From: Paraspadella gotoi
Taxonomy: Eukaryota; Animalia; Chaetognatha
Direction: 5' to 3'
Length of the DNA: 64,000 bases
Assembly: GCA_051294375.1 (NCBI GenBank)
Contig: CM119264.1
Coordinates: 16,155,245-16,219,244, forward strand
In this document: positions 1 to 13,200 of the stretch, one piece after another
Numbering within the stretch: position 1 is the first letter of the stretch
Layout: each line of letters begins with the position of its first letter
Program-made: the position numbers and the translations under genes
The notes under the pieces: model-generated
Told to the model about the DNA's origin: nothing
Seen by the model: the letters and a program-made list of their open reading frames with translations, nothing else
Databases searched by the model: none

Positions 1-346
1 TCATTCATCGCCTTCCATCTCTCGGCACATTTCTTGGAAAATTCCGCGAACACAACTAAAGGCAAACAAAGTAACAGGTAAAATTATAACCAGCAAAAAA
101 TTCTTATTAATTCTGTCTCGCTATAAGACAGGTTCATCGTAATAAAATAAAAAAAATAAAAAAAATCACGGCAGCCAGTTTAGATTTTACAACTTGTAAA
201 AAAAAGATGCCATCGATAATATTGGTTTAAAGAAATTGCTTACCCGACTGATTCGGATGTTTCCGCTTGTGTTCCTCGCGGCAAAGTTGCACGAAAAACG
301 CATAAGCGGACATCTTCCCGCGCGGCTTGTTGTGGTCCTTCGGCAT
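1..346 (-). CDS. HMGB: HMGB/DSP1-type HMG-box protein, 5' coding exons (gene continues off the left edge)
   Basis: Exon 346-244 ([34 protein letters not shown]), GT-AG intron 243-56 and exon 55-1 ([18 protein letters not shown]) join in frame into a typical HMGB box A. Confidence 0.93.
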
Positions 347-630
347 CTTTCCTTTACTCTTGCTCAAATATTTGAGAATTTTTTCTAAGTTCAGAAATGA
401 AAGCGATAAAGACAAGAGAGTATTTAGACGAAAGCAGCTTCACTCGTCCCAATAAATTTTAAAGATAATAAAAAACATGGCACACAGAAGTCGGGTGATG
501 GAATCACGGTGCCATGGGATATTCGCGCACCGAGAAAATTTGCCTTTTTTTTCTTTGAAAAAATCAACAGTAATAATAAAGGGCTTACGAATAACGAAAA
601 GATTTGGATATGGAGAAATTGAAACCTGCG

Positions 631-801
631 ATTGGTTAAACGCACCGAGAAAAGCCGAAATTTTAGTGCGACCATTGGTCGGACTCTGACTGACAACTGT
701 AAGATTCAGCTAGAATCGGGAACCAACGAGCCTTGCGAATGCGCTCACAGGGCCAAAGCGTCGCAAGCTAATAAGAGGGAGGGAAAAAGACCGGTGATTG
801 G
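631..801 (-). promoter_or_regulatory. Putative HMGB promoter with three CCAAT boxes
   Basis: ATTGG at 631-635, 674-678 and 797-801 (CCAAT on the minus strand) in a CpG-containing stretch 290-450 bp upstream of the ATG. Function is inferred. Confidence 0.45.
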
Positions 802-2292
802 TCGAATCCCTTTTTGAATTGCGACTATTCTGGGAACAAAGGGGTTCGTTTACGCTCGCGACGGGCCAGGGGATTTGAAAATTGTGGACGTACTCCTAAC
901 GAATAAGCGAATCAGAGTTCAGAACAAAAGGCTAAATACCCAATGGTTATGAAGGACCTGCATCGCTCCTGAGGCAACGCTGGATCAAGTCCTACCTTGA
1001 ATCTAAAGAAGAGAGCAGCGAGAAAAGTATAATGAAGTGAAGAATTAGGTTCCCCAGTGGGTTTCATTAACGAAAAACCGCTAAAATAAATCTTATCCTA
1101 AGCCTGAGTTAAGACTATAATTTTAAATATATAAGAATTATCTATAGGAGAACGCTATGAACATTAACTTAATTAAAAGACCTAAAACATTGTGACTAAT
1201 TCACACCGGCACAGTGACAAGGAAAATCTGTCGAGAATTGAAAACGACGAAGGATCTTTCATTTTTCCAGTTGCGATTCTGGTTTAGTAGTTCGTGTTCT
1301 TCCTTGATTCCACGTACGATTCTTTAAATTCAATGTTATAAGCAAAATTTTAACAATTGGTGTGATTTAGATCCATTTTGAGAATTAGATATTTTTCAAT
1401 CTTCTTGATTGAAGTTGACCTAGACAGATGTTACAACACATTTTTTAGAAAGTGTAACCTTCTCATTTTGTCAAATGGCTTCACCAAACGACTCGGTGAA
1501 TTTAAATAATCATTTGAAAATATTTTGACAATTTTATAATTTCATCATGTCAATGAAACAAAAATCCTGAAAACATCACCAAAAAAAAACCTTGAGAAAT
1601 ACTATGCCACACAGCAAAATTACGATAAAATAAACTAAAAAACTTCAAGAGATTAAAAAGATCCAATATAACATCCTAAAAAATGAGATTTTTATAACTA
1701 TAGACATTAATGTATACATTACTGTATCAACAATAACAATAACTGCTTTTGATGCACATATTTCGAAATGTGCAAAAATTAGATCATAAAATTTATCATG
1801 ACTATTAAAATTTAAACTCGAATTTCAGAAGGGAATATTTGTAAACAGTGATGTGCGGATGATTTTGACTAAAAGCGATATAAACGGCAGGATGATACTC
1901 GTGTCTATCACTGGTTTCGACTTTTACGAATGCAAGCACAAATACAAGTTAATTTATAGTAGTTACATGTACAGTTGATTGTGTAGAACAATAATCATTT
2001 TACGAATCCTTTACGCGGTACAAACGTTCATCGTTCAAACCTCCCGAAAAAAGGACTAAACCAATAAAATAAAAAATACAAGAAAAAAGTCAAGATATAT
2101 TTCCAACCACGCATGTTAAAGTCATACTGTGAGAGCCACACCATGTCGGGGTTCTGGTGAGACGATCGCCTCTATTAATTTTCGATATCATTAATTTATG
2201 AACAAACTAGTAAAAATGGTAACTGATGAAAAACGGCTTTGACAGTCATGACTAAAAAACCTTACAAATAAAAAAACAAAATTTCGACAAAT

Positions 2293-5200
2293 TTAGACAC
2301 GGCCATGTACTCTAAATCTGTAAAGGCAGGTGAGTTCTGAGTTGCCATGATTAGACAAAATTCTGAGTTCGATGACGCCAAATTTTTTATTTGAGTCAGA
2401 GGACGCCGAAAAGTGCTGTAAAGGCTCCGAAGACGACGGTGGGATCTGAATGGGAGTGGGGCAAATTAAAACAAGTTTGAGCAAACAATGTCGGATCTGC
2501 CAACGATAATTAAGCGGTAATCAGCTAAATAATAGATAAATAAATAAATAAATAAATACTATTATAAAAATAATTATAAATAAAATACAAATAATTTTTT
2601 TTAACTATTATTATTTTTTCCAACATTTTTAAAATAACTTGCCTCATTTTTTAAAAATAACTTGCCTCATTTTAAAATAACTTGCCTCATTTTTTAAAAT
2701 AACTTGCCTCATTTTAAAATAACTTGCCTCATTTTTAAAATAACTTGCCTCATTTTTAAAATAACTTGCCTCATTTTTAAAATAACTTGCCTCATTTTTA
2801 AAATAACTTGCCTCATTTTTAAAATAACTTGCCTCATTTTTTTAAAAATTAACTTGCCTCATTTTTAAAATAACTTATGGCACTCCATTTTTAAAATAAA
2901 CTTAGCCTCATTTTTAAATTAACTTGGCTATCATTTTTAAATATTTTAAATTTCCTTTATGGAATATTAATTCTATATCGGTCCGCCTAGCGACTAGCGA
3001 CTAGCGCGAACAAAAGGGCATTTCGTGGCGAGGCGGACCGATATGAGAATAACTGGCATCATTTTTAAAATAACTGGCATCATTTTTAAAATAACTGGCA
3101 TCATTTTTAAAATAACTTGCATCATTTTTAAAATAACTTGCAACAATCTTTTAACTTTCATTATTTTTTCAATATGCATAATAGAGTAAAGTGAAAGTTT
3201 AAAATCAAAATTTAGCAGTTATATCTTGAAAACTATCATATTAGTGAATACTAATCTGTAGTTATTTTTCTTTTTTTATTAATATAGTAACCCAGTCAGC
3301 TTATTTTGTATATAGTACTACCCTTATATGATGTTAAAATTTCAAAATATTTTTTTTTAAATTCTGATAATAGATTCAGATTCCTCGTAAAAAGTTGATG
3401 AAAAAAAATAAACCTTTTTCAAAAATGTCATTAAATAGGTTAAAATTACAAAACTATATTTTTAAGCTGGAAATTAAAAATCAGCATCTTAAATATAGTT
3501 TTTTACATTTTTGACTAACTTAATGAAAGAATTTTTAAAAACGAATTATACTTTCTTATATCAACTTTTTGCAAGGAATCTAAATCCGATCAGAAAATTT
3601 AAAAATTTGTATTTTGAAATTTGAGCCTATTATATACTTATTACTATATATAAATATAGCTTACTGGTGCCCACTAATGTATAAAATTAAAAAATAAATT
3701 TACTAAAGTATTTTTATTCATATTTATTTTCATGTTTTATATGCTAAATTTTAATTTTATAAAATTTTATCATTTTCACATCACTCTAATGCATAATTTT
3801 TTTAACTTGCATAATTTTTTCAAATTGCATCATTTTTTCACTTAATTAATAAAAATTCAAGTCAACTTGACTTTGGTTTTTTCCATGCTCACTGATTTCC
3901 ACTCCTGGATTCCATCTAAACTATATCCAGCTTCATCAAACACTTTCCAACGAACACAAAATTTAATCTCAATCTAACCATCCAATTATGATTAATTCGA
4001 GTAATTATGGCTTAAAAAATAGTAAAAAAGATTTAAGTTAATGTTTCTTTTGTTTTTTCCATTTAAACTCATTTCCACTCACACGATTCCATCGAAACTT
4101 TATATCCAATTCAATCACACACTTTCCTACCCACACACGAAATTTCATTCCAATCCATCCATCCATTCACGAGTAATTGGAGTTTTTTGCTAAGTGGGGA
4201 CGGACAGACGGACGGACATATTTTTTTTTGCTTAATTTAGCATAATATGATCTTCTGATGTGATAAAAATGATTTACCGACAAGATTTAGGGTGGGACCG
4301 ATGGACCGACTAAGTGAATTATAAAGTCGAAAAAGAGAAAAAGAAAGAAAGCCCCTGCAGAGCCCAAATCGTTTTCGAATCAGCAGAAGCAGCTGCAGAC
4401 TCTTTTTTTTTATGATAAAACAAACAAAACATTTAAAAACTGTCCTCACCCAATTTCAAGGACCTCAATGATGAGAAGCTGTATATAAAATTTCAGCTTC
4501 ATACACCCAAATTTAATCATCAAAAAGGCGATCGATAAGTGGAACGCCGACGACAACGATGACGACGCCTACGCCATTTATGCGCAAAAGCGTTACAAGA
4601 TCGTTGCAAACGCAAAGCGATTGCGACGATAATAGAAATCGTGAGTAAAAAAACATACTTTGTATTCGAAAGTCCCCAGGGAAACTCCCTCGGTGTCGTG
4701 CTCGTCAGCTAAACCATAAACAGCAAATTCCTTGGGAGCAGAATCCACCAAGCCGGAGGGAGATACGGCCAGAGGGATGTGTTCGTAGCTAAAGCCAGTT
4801 ACAAATATCTGCGCCGCCAGTTGAATTACAAGGAAACCCTCGCTACCGCGAAACGCCCAGCACTGACCGGGGTGTACGTCAGGTTGAATTACGGTTCGGG
4901 GAGAGTTGTACGAATACCTGTTGATGAAGAAAGTGTTCGTTAGCAGCGTTTAGCTAGCAATATTTTTACGTTAAGACACCAAAATTCGTATACATCGTCT
5001 TTAACTAAAAAGTATAAACAATCCCATTAATTAGTTAACAACCCAGTACCGCACTTTTAGATATCACCGTAGATGAACTGCTTACCAGATCGGAAAACCT
5101 AACAGAGTAATCATCGCCGATCGTGAGGTATAAGTCTCAGAGCATCTTGTTGACAATATAGAGCCCCCGGCCGACTCCAAGGCATAGTCCGCTTTTCCAG

Positions 5201-8200
5201 TTTTATCGGCGGCAAAGAGGCGAATGTGCTCGCGAACGATGGCGGCCACGTGCTCCTCGTTCAACGCAGACTCTGGCACATAGGCTACAGCGCCCTTTGC
5301 AGATTCATCTATCAAGCGACTGCAAGACAGCTTGACTTCGTCGGCGGAAGAGGCAATGGCATCTTCAGTGGCGGAACGAGACTCGGCGATCCGGGACGCG
5401 ACGGAGGCCCCGATCTCAGTTTGCAGCGCAGTGAGGCGAAGATTCAAATCCTCCTCACGCGACGACAGAATGCCGGTGAGATATGATCGGAAATTGGCGT
5501 CCCCTTCGTCCGAATAGAGAGAAGAGAGCTGTCCCTTAACAATTTTTAAGATGTCCTCGTTTGAGACGGACGAAATTTTTTGGCCATTCGCCGAAATGTC
5601 GCTTTCGGCTGCGAGCTTGATGGCTGACTCAGCCTTGCCGCAACAGCTGGAAATTTGCGCTTCGTTGGACAATTGCAGTTGTTGCAAAGAGGCGATCGAA
5701 GAACCAAGGTCGGTGAGTTGAGTTTCAACGCGACGGAAGTCCAAGTTGAAGTTCGTCTGACAAAGTTAACATTTTTTTTTTCAGTCGAAACAAAACGCTC
5801 AGTTAAATTACGTATATTTTTATTATTATTATTTTTATTATTCAATTCTTTTTTTTATATTTTACTATTATCTGTATCCTTTATTTAGGGAAAAAAAAAA
5901 GGTATTGTACTCACAATTGATTTGTCATTATTTTTAGAGGTCACTACGATCTGGTCGACTTGCTTCTTCAGAATACCGACGGAAGCCTCCAACGATGCCT
6001 GCAGCGACTTTAAAGATTCTAAGTTGGCTTTAACATCAGCGAGAGCTTCATTGACGTGCTTGTTATTAGCGAAAGATTCCTTTTCGGCACTACTTTTCGT
6101 AACAGTGGAAAGTTTGGCGAGAGACGACTAGAAAAAAGAGAAAAAAAATCAATTCCTTGACAACGGGTCACTTTCATATGGAGACTGAGCCATACCTCAA
6201 GTTCCTTCATCCTAGCCCCCAGCGCGGATTCGATGTCTTCCTTTAACCTCGAGTTCCGCTCATTTTGAAGGGCTATGTCTTCTACGCGAGCTCCCGCAGC
6301 CTGGACAGCACGTTTGTTTTCTTCCAAAGTCGCCTTCCAGTTCACCTGTTCTCTCACCAAAGCGGTGCCGATCAAAGTCTCCACCTCTGATGAGGTTAGT
6401 CCGCGGGGGGCTGACTCGTCCGCACGTTGGGCGACGACGGAGTTTTTGATTTGTGTAGTAAATTGCGATGACAAACGAAATTCAGCAGCTGCCACGGCAG
6501 CGGCGGTCTCAGCGTCGCGTGCCGCGATGAGGTTCTTAGTAGTCGAATCGATGAGGGATTTGATTTCGTCAATAGATGGTCCGCAACATTTGGCTGAATA
6601 GTCGATTAATTTTAATTAATTTTAAAGGTCTTAATTTTAAAAGTCATCCATCTTGCGCAATTGCAATTTTGAAAGATTAAACATAACTTGCCTCCAACTG
6701 CAGCACCGACCAGTGTTTCTTTAGACGCGGCTTTCACATTCGGTAAATGAGGCTCGGCCTCGATCGGGATCACATCTTTTTCAGGGGTTGTTTGAGTCGC
6801 AGGCACAACTGACATAAAAACTTGCCAGAATGAATAGAAGAAAGCGGGAATGAGCCTGAGCGCCATCCACATGAGAGAAACTGATATTGACAAAAATTTG
6901 AACAAAAATTAATACCTGTTGTTATACAGATCCGATTGACTCTCCTGCCAATTGATTTAGATGATGGCCTCAAAGAAACAGAGGAGATCATGAAAAATGC
7001 AAACGTCAAAGACGCTCTTTACTTACCGATGTAAGATGATCCTTGAATAACTCCGACATAAAGTGCTTGACCAACAAAAAGCAAGAAATTTGACAGAGCG
7101 CTTCCGGCGCAATCCCGCAGCCAAACTAAGCCAGTGAGATTTTGTCCAATCTCACTCCACCCAGATAATGTCCATCCGGCCGCCATGTCGCCAAACGCAA
7201 GCAGCCAGCGCCATAGGATCGTGCCGGAAGATGAACAATAATAAGCGACGCCACCGAAAAGAGAGGACATACCGATGGATACCCGATCCATGACTTGTAA
7301 GATAAAGTCACAAATGAGAGAAAAATAGTAAGAGAATTCGCTTGATAACGAAGGAACGACTAGGAAGAACCTAAGGAAAAATAATAACGCAAACTTCAAC
7401 ATCGATTCATAAGACGACCATAACTAATTAATAAATAGAACCTGGAGAAGCCGTTCTTTATCCTCGATCCAAGCCCCAATCCTATCTGCCAACAATCGGT
7501 AAAGCCCGAAGCAGTCGCCTCTTTAGTACGCGAAAAGGCACCGACGATTCCGCCAACAAAACCAGATCCGCTGCAAAAGTCACCCAGTTTTGCGACTAAA
7601 GCGCAGACGAGATCGAAGGCAGAGATCGCTAACCATTTGGCCGTCTCAAATGCAACCAACACCCATGCCGAGACAGCTTCTTTTCCAGTGACGATGTAGT
7701 CGGCGCAACGAGAAGCCAAAACCGATGTCGTTCGAGTCACAGAAAATTCTCCATCCGACAAAAAACCTTAAAGTGAAGTATTCAGTATTAACCATTGAGA
7801 AACTTGTGGTTCATTTCAAATAGTTCCTCGAATATCTTTGAATTATGCATATGGTAGCAGTTAATATTATTTCTTTCAATTCGGTTATTATGATGAATGA
7901 GTCGATAATTTTGTATTGATTGTACAAATTTCGTAACAGTCAGCTCCGTAGTATTTTGATGCTAGTGCTGAGTATGTTACCATGATGGGAAAAAAAATGT
8001 CGCGATTAGAAAAGTCGGTTAATTTCATTATCAAATATATTTTTTAGCCATTAAATAAGTTTTACTATGTAATATGACCTCCCTAGGACTGAATAAAAAT
8101 ATTATTTTTTAACAGCATAAAATTATTTATTGCATACAATCACTTCCAAAAGAGGTGGTCTCTGTTTGATCAAAAGGACTATTCATATTATTATTATTTT

Positions 8201-10228
8201 TTTATTATTATTTTTATCAGATTTTGGGCAAAAAATTGTCTTTATTCCTACTCCTTATGTCGTGGTCTTTCACATCCTTGACCAGTTTTACGTACGGCCA
8301 AAATTCGGGGGCATTGTTCTCCCAACTTGATTTCCGTATAAATATAATAAATAAATAAGAAATAAATATAATGACTGATTAAGTCACTTAAGTTTGACAA
8401 TACCAACATTATATCATCAATAGTCTGTAGGCACCTAGATTATGAGATCAATCATAAACCGTCATTTATTATTAATTTACCAGAGAGAGGAAAAATCAAT
8501 AGAAGCAGCAGCAGAAACGGAAGGCACCAGCAGCAGACAGCCTTCCAACCCACTCTTCGTTTCGGCAACAGGGGGGTTTCCGCGTCAGCCGCATAATAAA
8601 TTTTTTCGCTTCGTGTAGTACGAACAGCAACTGGAAGATAAAAGTGAAGATGAAATACATGTTAAAAAAATCTTAAAAGTATAGTGACGCCAGACGTTAC
8701 TATTAAAGAAAATTAATGAAAAAATCAGGAAAAAACGAATGATTGATGCGAAAACGAATTATTAATGCGATGATAACCAATTATTGATGCGATGATAACC
8801 AATTATTGATATGATGATTACAAATTATTGATACAATGATACCAAATGATTGATGTGATTGAAGAGACAGTAATAATTGTTATGAGTTGGTGTTACAGCC
8901 TGATCTGAACGGTTCTGTCACTGTGTTACAGGCCACTATATGAGCTTAGTAGGGTGGATGACGGAAAATATCACAGGGCCTCGCTATCGAGCCAAAACGA
9001 CTACACTATATGAGCTTAGTAGGGTGGATGATGGAAAATATCACAGGGCCTTGCTATCGAGCCAGAACGACTACACTATATGAGCTTAGTAGGGTGGATG
9101 ACGGAAAGTATCACAGGGCCTCGCTATCGAGCCAGAACGACTACACTATATGAGCTTAGTAGGGTGGATGACGGAAAATATCACAGGGCCTCGCTATCGA
9201 GCCAGAACGACTACACTATATGAGCTTAGTAGGGTGGATGACGGAAAGTATCACAGGGCCTCGCTATCGAGCCAGAACGACTACACTATATGAGCTTAGT
9301 AGGGTGGATGACGGAAAATATCACAGGGCCTCGCTATCGAGCCAGAACGACTACACTATATGAGCTTAGTAGGGTGGATGACGGAAAATATCACAGGGCC
9401 TCGCTATCGAGCCAGAACGACTACACTATATGAGCTTAGTAGGGTGGATGACGGAAAATATCAAGGGCCTCGCTATCGAGCCAGAACGACTACACTATAT
9501 GAGCTTAGTAGGGTGGATGACGGAAAATATCACAGGCCTCGCTATCGAGCCAGAACGACTACACTATATGAGCTTAGTAGGGTGGATGACGGAAAATATC
9601 ACAGGGCCTCGCTATCGAGCCAGAACGACTACACTATATGAGCTTAGTAGGGTGGATGACGGAAAATATCACAGGGCCTCGCTATCGAGCCAGAACGACT
9701 ACACTATATGAGCTTAGTAGGGTGGATGACGGAAAATATCACAGGGCCTCGCTATCGAGCCAGAACGACTCCTTTTTTTTTTAATAGATGTAATTGAGCC
9801 AACATCCCACCCACCTCCAGAAATCCGTTTTGACTTTAATAATGACTAAAAACTTTAATCTTCTCAATTCCTAAGTTCATATCTATTAAAATATTTTTTT
9901 AAAAATTAAAAAAAAAAAGGAATTTATGCTGTAATATAATATTATAGTTTTCATTTATATAAGTTGTATTAACTTTTTCTTTAAATATTTGTTTCTTTTT
10001 TGTTTGTTTTTATTCTTTTTTTTATTTTAAAATCTCTTACTACAATATGCAAATGAGAATTATAACCATTCATGGTTTTGAGTTGAATATAAACGTAGTG
10101 GAGTTTGAAAAACGAAAGTGGTTAATGGTTGACAACGATTTTAATTATTTGAGATTAAAGACCAAGTCTTATTACATCAATGACTTTATTTTAATGGTAA
10201 CTTACCAAATGTTAACTCTGCTTCCCTG

Positions 10229-10264
<36 letters not shown>

Positions 10265-13200
10265 AAATTTAATTTCTTTTTCCCTCACATTATCTTAATT
10301 GCATGAACTAGTCAACTTGAGTGAGGCCTATTTTTTCTTAAATGGAAAAACCGCCAAAAAACCGCAACAGAGGGTAATAAATGGGAAATACTCCTGACTA
10401 TTTAAATACCATCCAAGGTTCAATTTCGTTTAACCCTAGTTAACCCAGACCTTAAAGATGAAAATTTGGAACTTAAAGGAAAGAAAGTACTGAGAAAATG
10501 ATGCTGTCATCTGCATGCCACTGTATTTCTAGTATGTCGACTTTAAATCATTGAAAGAAGCATGTCAGCAGAAAACCCTATGAAAAGAGCTTCCGATAAA
10601 TGGTAGAAAAAGTAAATATTTTTTCAAAATAACTATTTTACCTAAGGTTAAAGTCCGCCAGGTCGAAAAAAGTTAGGAAAAAATCAATTTATGTCGAAAA
10701 ATGACAACTTGTAAACAAAAAATCACCATGACAACAAACCAAATAGCTAAGGTCAGATATCGCGGACTCAGAACTTTAAATTAAACCAACTTTACGAAAA
10801 TTTATTGAGATTGTAGCTGTGATAAAGTTGGCCCGGGATATTTTCCGTCATCAGGTAACAGTGTGCATGCCTCCTGCACCAATAGCTGCTGATGAACAGT
10901 TGGTGGATTTTAGTCCACCATATGATGATGCCAAATTATTGGTGTGATGATAGGGAATCATTGATGGGAAAATGTTTAAAAAATGCAATAAAATAATTTA
11001 AGATAATAAGTTTGAGTTGAAAGAAATGAGTTGAATGAAATGAGTTGAAAGAAATGAGTTGAATGAAATTAATTGACTAAAACTAAAATCATGAAATTGG
11101 TACAACCAATATAAAAATTATCCATTCATTTAATAAATAAGCTATCTTGCCCATGACTTTGGACAGGCTTTGTTGGTTTAAGGCCTCCATCACTTTTACA
11201 AGATAATGACATAGCAGGTCCCTGCAAGCTTTCAATCAAGACTCTCTCACAGTCTGGTTTATTCACTCCCAGAGTACCTGGCTTCCCTATCAATGAAGTG
11301 GTTTTATTTTATTTTATTAAAATAAATTGAGATAAATTACATTTGAATAAATAAAGTATGAGCCGAATTAAATTGAACGAATTTAATTAATTTAATTTAA
11401 TTAAAAAAATGAACAAATGTGGGAAAGATAAAGAGATAGAAAATGAGAGAAAATGAGGGGAAGCAAAAAAGCGAAATAAATAAGGTTTCGCAATGGTAAA
11501 ATGAAAACATGAGCGACTGCGAAAAAGAGAGAAAAATCCAGTCGATGCAGAGATCAACAAATAAGAAGAGGCAGTGACGGAGAAATAGAGAGAGCGACAT
11601 ATAATTAAAGTAGTTTTTATATAAAAATAAATAATTTGTTTGTTTTATCTAAAGACAATTATGAGTATTGATATGAAACTGACAATTTCAAAGATCTTGA
11701 TGATTAGAAACCTAATTTTGTAATTTCCTATGATTTCACTATTTCCCAAGCGTGACGACGACGACTCAAAGAAGCAATAGTAAACGATTATGTCGCCCAA
11801 GACGGGCCAAAGCCCTTCTGGCGAGATAAAAAGATAGGTCGAAATAATGTAGTTCATTATGAGAGAATAAAGAGAAAAAGACTTGATTTGACATGAAACG
11901 GGAGGTATAAGCATAAAGAGATTCGCGTTTTAGAAGTCTCTTACCGGGTATTTTGACTGCTTCTTCATCCGAAATTCCAACAAGCAAAGCTTTGGCTTTC
12001 GAAGGCGCCGAGGAGATGCTGACGTTGCCGAAAGATTCTGTGACATCCGGTTCTTCAAAGTCGACATATTTCGGGAGGAAAAGATATGCGAAGCATCGGC
12101 GAAACGGAAACTAAAATCGTAAATAATAACGACTGTTAATTACGATAGAAATCGCAAAATTAAACTCCATACAGTACCGTCAAAGAGAAAAGAATTATCG
12201 AAGCAACATGGGAAGCCAAATTCCAAGTAGAACCCAATGGTTTGACGATGGCGAAGCCAAGGAAACGAGAAATCCCGGCGCCGATACGGGAGATGCCCTG
12301 GCCAGACGAAATCTTTCCAAACAGGCAAATTATTTCCCACAGCCATGATAACGGTTGAACCAGAAAGTATAACAGACTGATCAAAAAATGATAACTTTTA
12401 GTACGTCATGTCTCATATTTTCTTCTTCTGAAAGGAGAATTAGAAAACTTACCCTATAAAAAGGTAACATAGTCCGACGGCTCCTCTTTTACAAAAAATA
12501 AATGAGGCCCTCCATTTTTCCTCCTTGAAAAATTGTACCACGCAGAAGAGCGGCTGAATCATGAGCGACCTCGCCAAAAAGCAAATAGCCGTCCATACCC
12601 TTTGCGCGACAGTTCTAAAACCAGATGTGGCGCCGTTGAATACGCACGAAACTGTGGCAATGACTCCAGATCGTAAGGATGTGAGCGGGTAAACTATAAC
12701 GCAGTTGAAGCAAGTTGATAGGACGAAAAAGACGAAAGAGAAAAAGCCCGCGAAGAAGTTTATAAAGCCGTCCAAGATCCCAACCAAAGAGGATTTGAGG
12801 GGAAAAGTGCGAAAGCACTTCAGGATGAATCCAAACAAGCGATACAAGGCTACGAAGGGAGCACTGACGATATAGATTAAGTAAATGAAAATTACTTTGA
12901 AAGCACAAACGACGTTCTGCGCTACGAAGGATAATTGGGTCGCTAACCAAGTGACTATCGACATTACATTGACAGCCGCCACCTTGGTCAACCAGCAAAG
13001 CCAATGCCAGAGAGTGAGGCCACCGTATCCGCAAAGCTCCGCTAAACGACGCAACCCTTCACCGATCCACAGAGCCGGGAAATGAAATAAGAATGTGTAA
13101 GTGTAGTAGATGAAGCCTACGAAGACCGAAAATACGCCGGTAACAGTGGACTTTAGGACTTCGTAAATATTATGTAGACCTGACAAAAATGAATCATATA

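Larger units (their letters stand above)
8664..11835 (+). mobile_element. Non-autonomous Helentron/HINE-like element (family 2) carrying nested repeats
   Basis: The 5' end AAAATCTTAAAAGTATAGT..(TCT)CGCCAGA and the 3' end CGCCCAAGACGGGC..GCCC(A/T)TCTGGCGAGATAAAA form a subterminal inverted repeat plus palindrome. The same ends occur at 37905-38880 and 39830-41480. A 22-bp GATGCGATGATAACCAA central repeat is shared. Confidence 0.5.

Noticed and set aside
8934-9770. CRISPR-like array; ORFs 9360-9641 and 9430-9711
   Set aside because: Units are contiguous and identical with no unique spacers, the context is eukaryotic and there are no cas genes. The ORFs are by-products of the repeat.
10885-10915. 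ADEQLVDF peptide resembling the piggyBac DEQL catalytic motif, and CTGATGA resembling a hammerhead core
   Set aside because: It is the non-coding SINE-flank hairpin also seen at ~34800 and ~35205. There is no surrounding transposase ORF and no GAAA partner.
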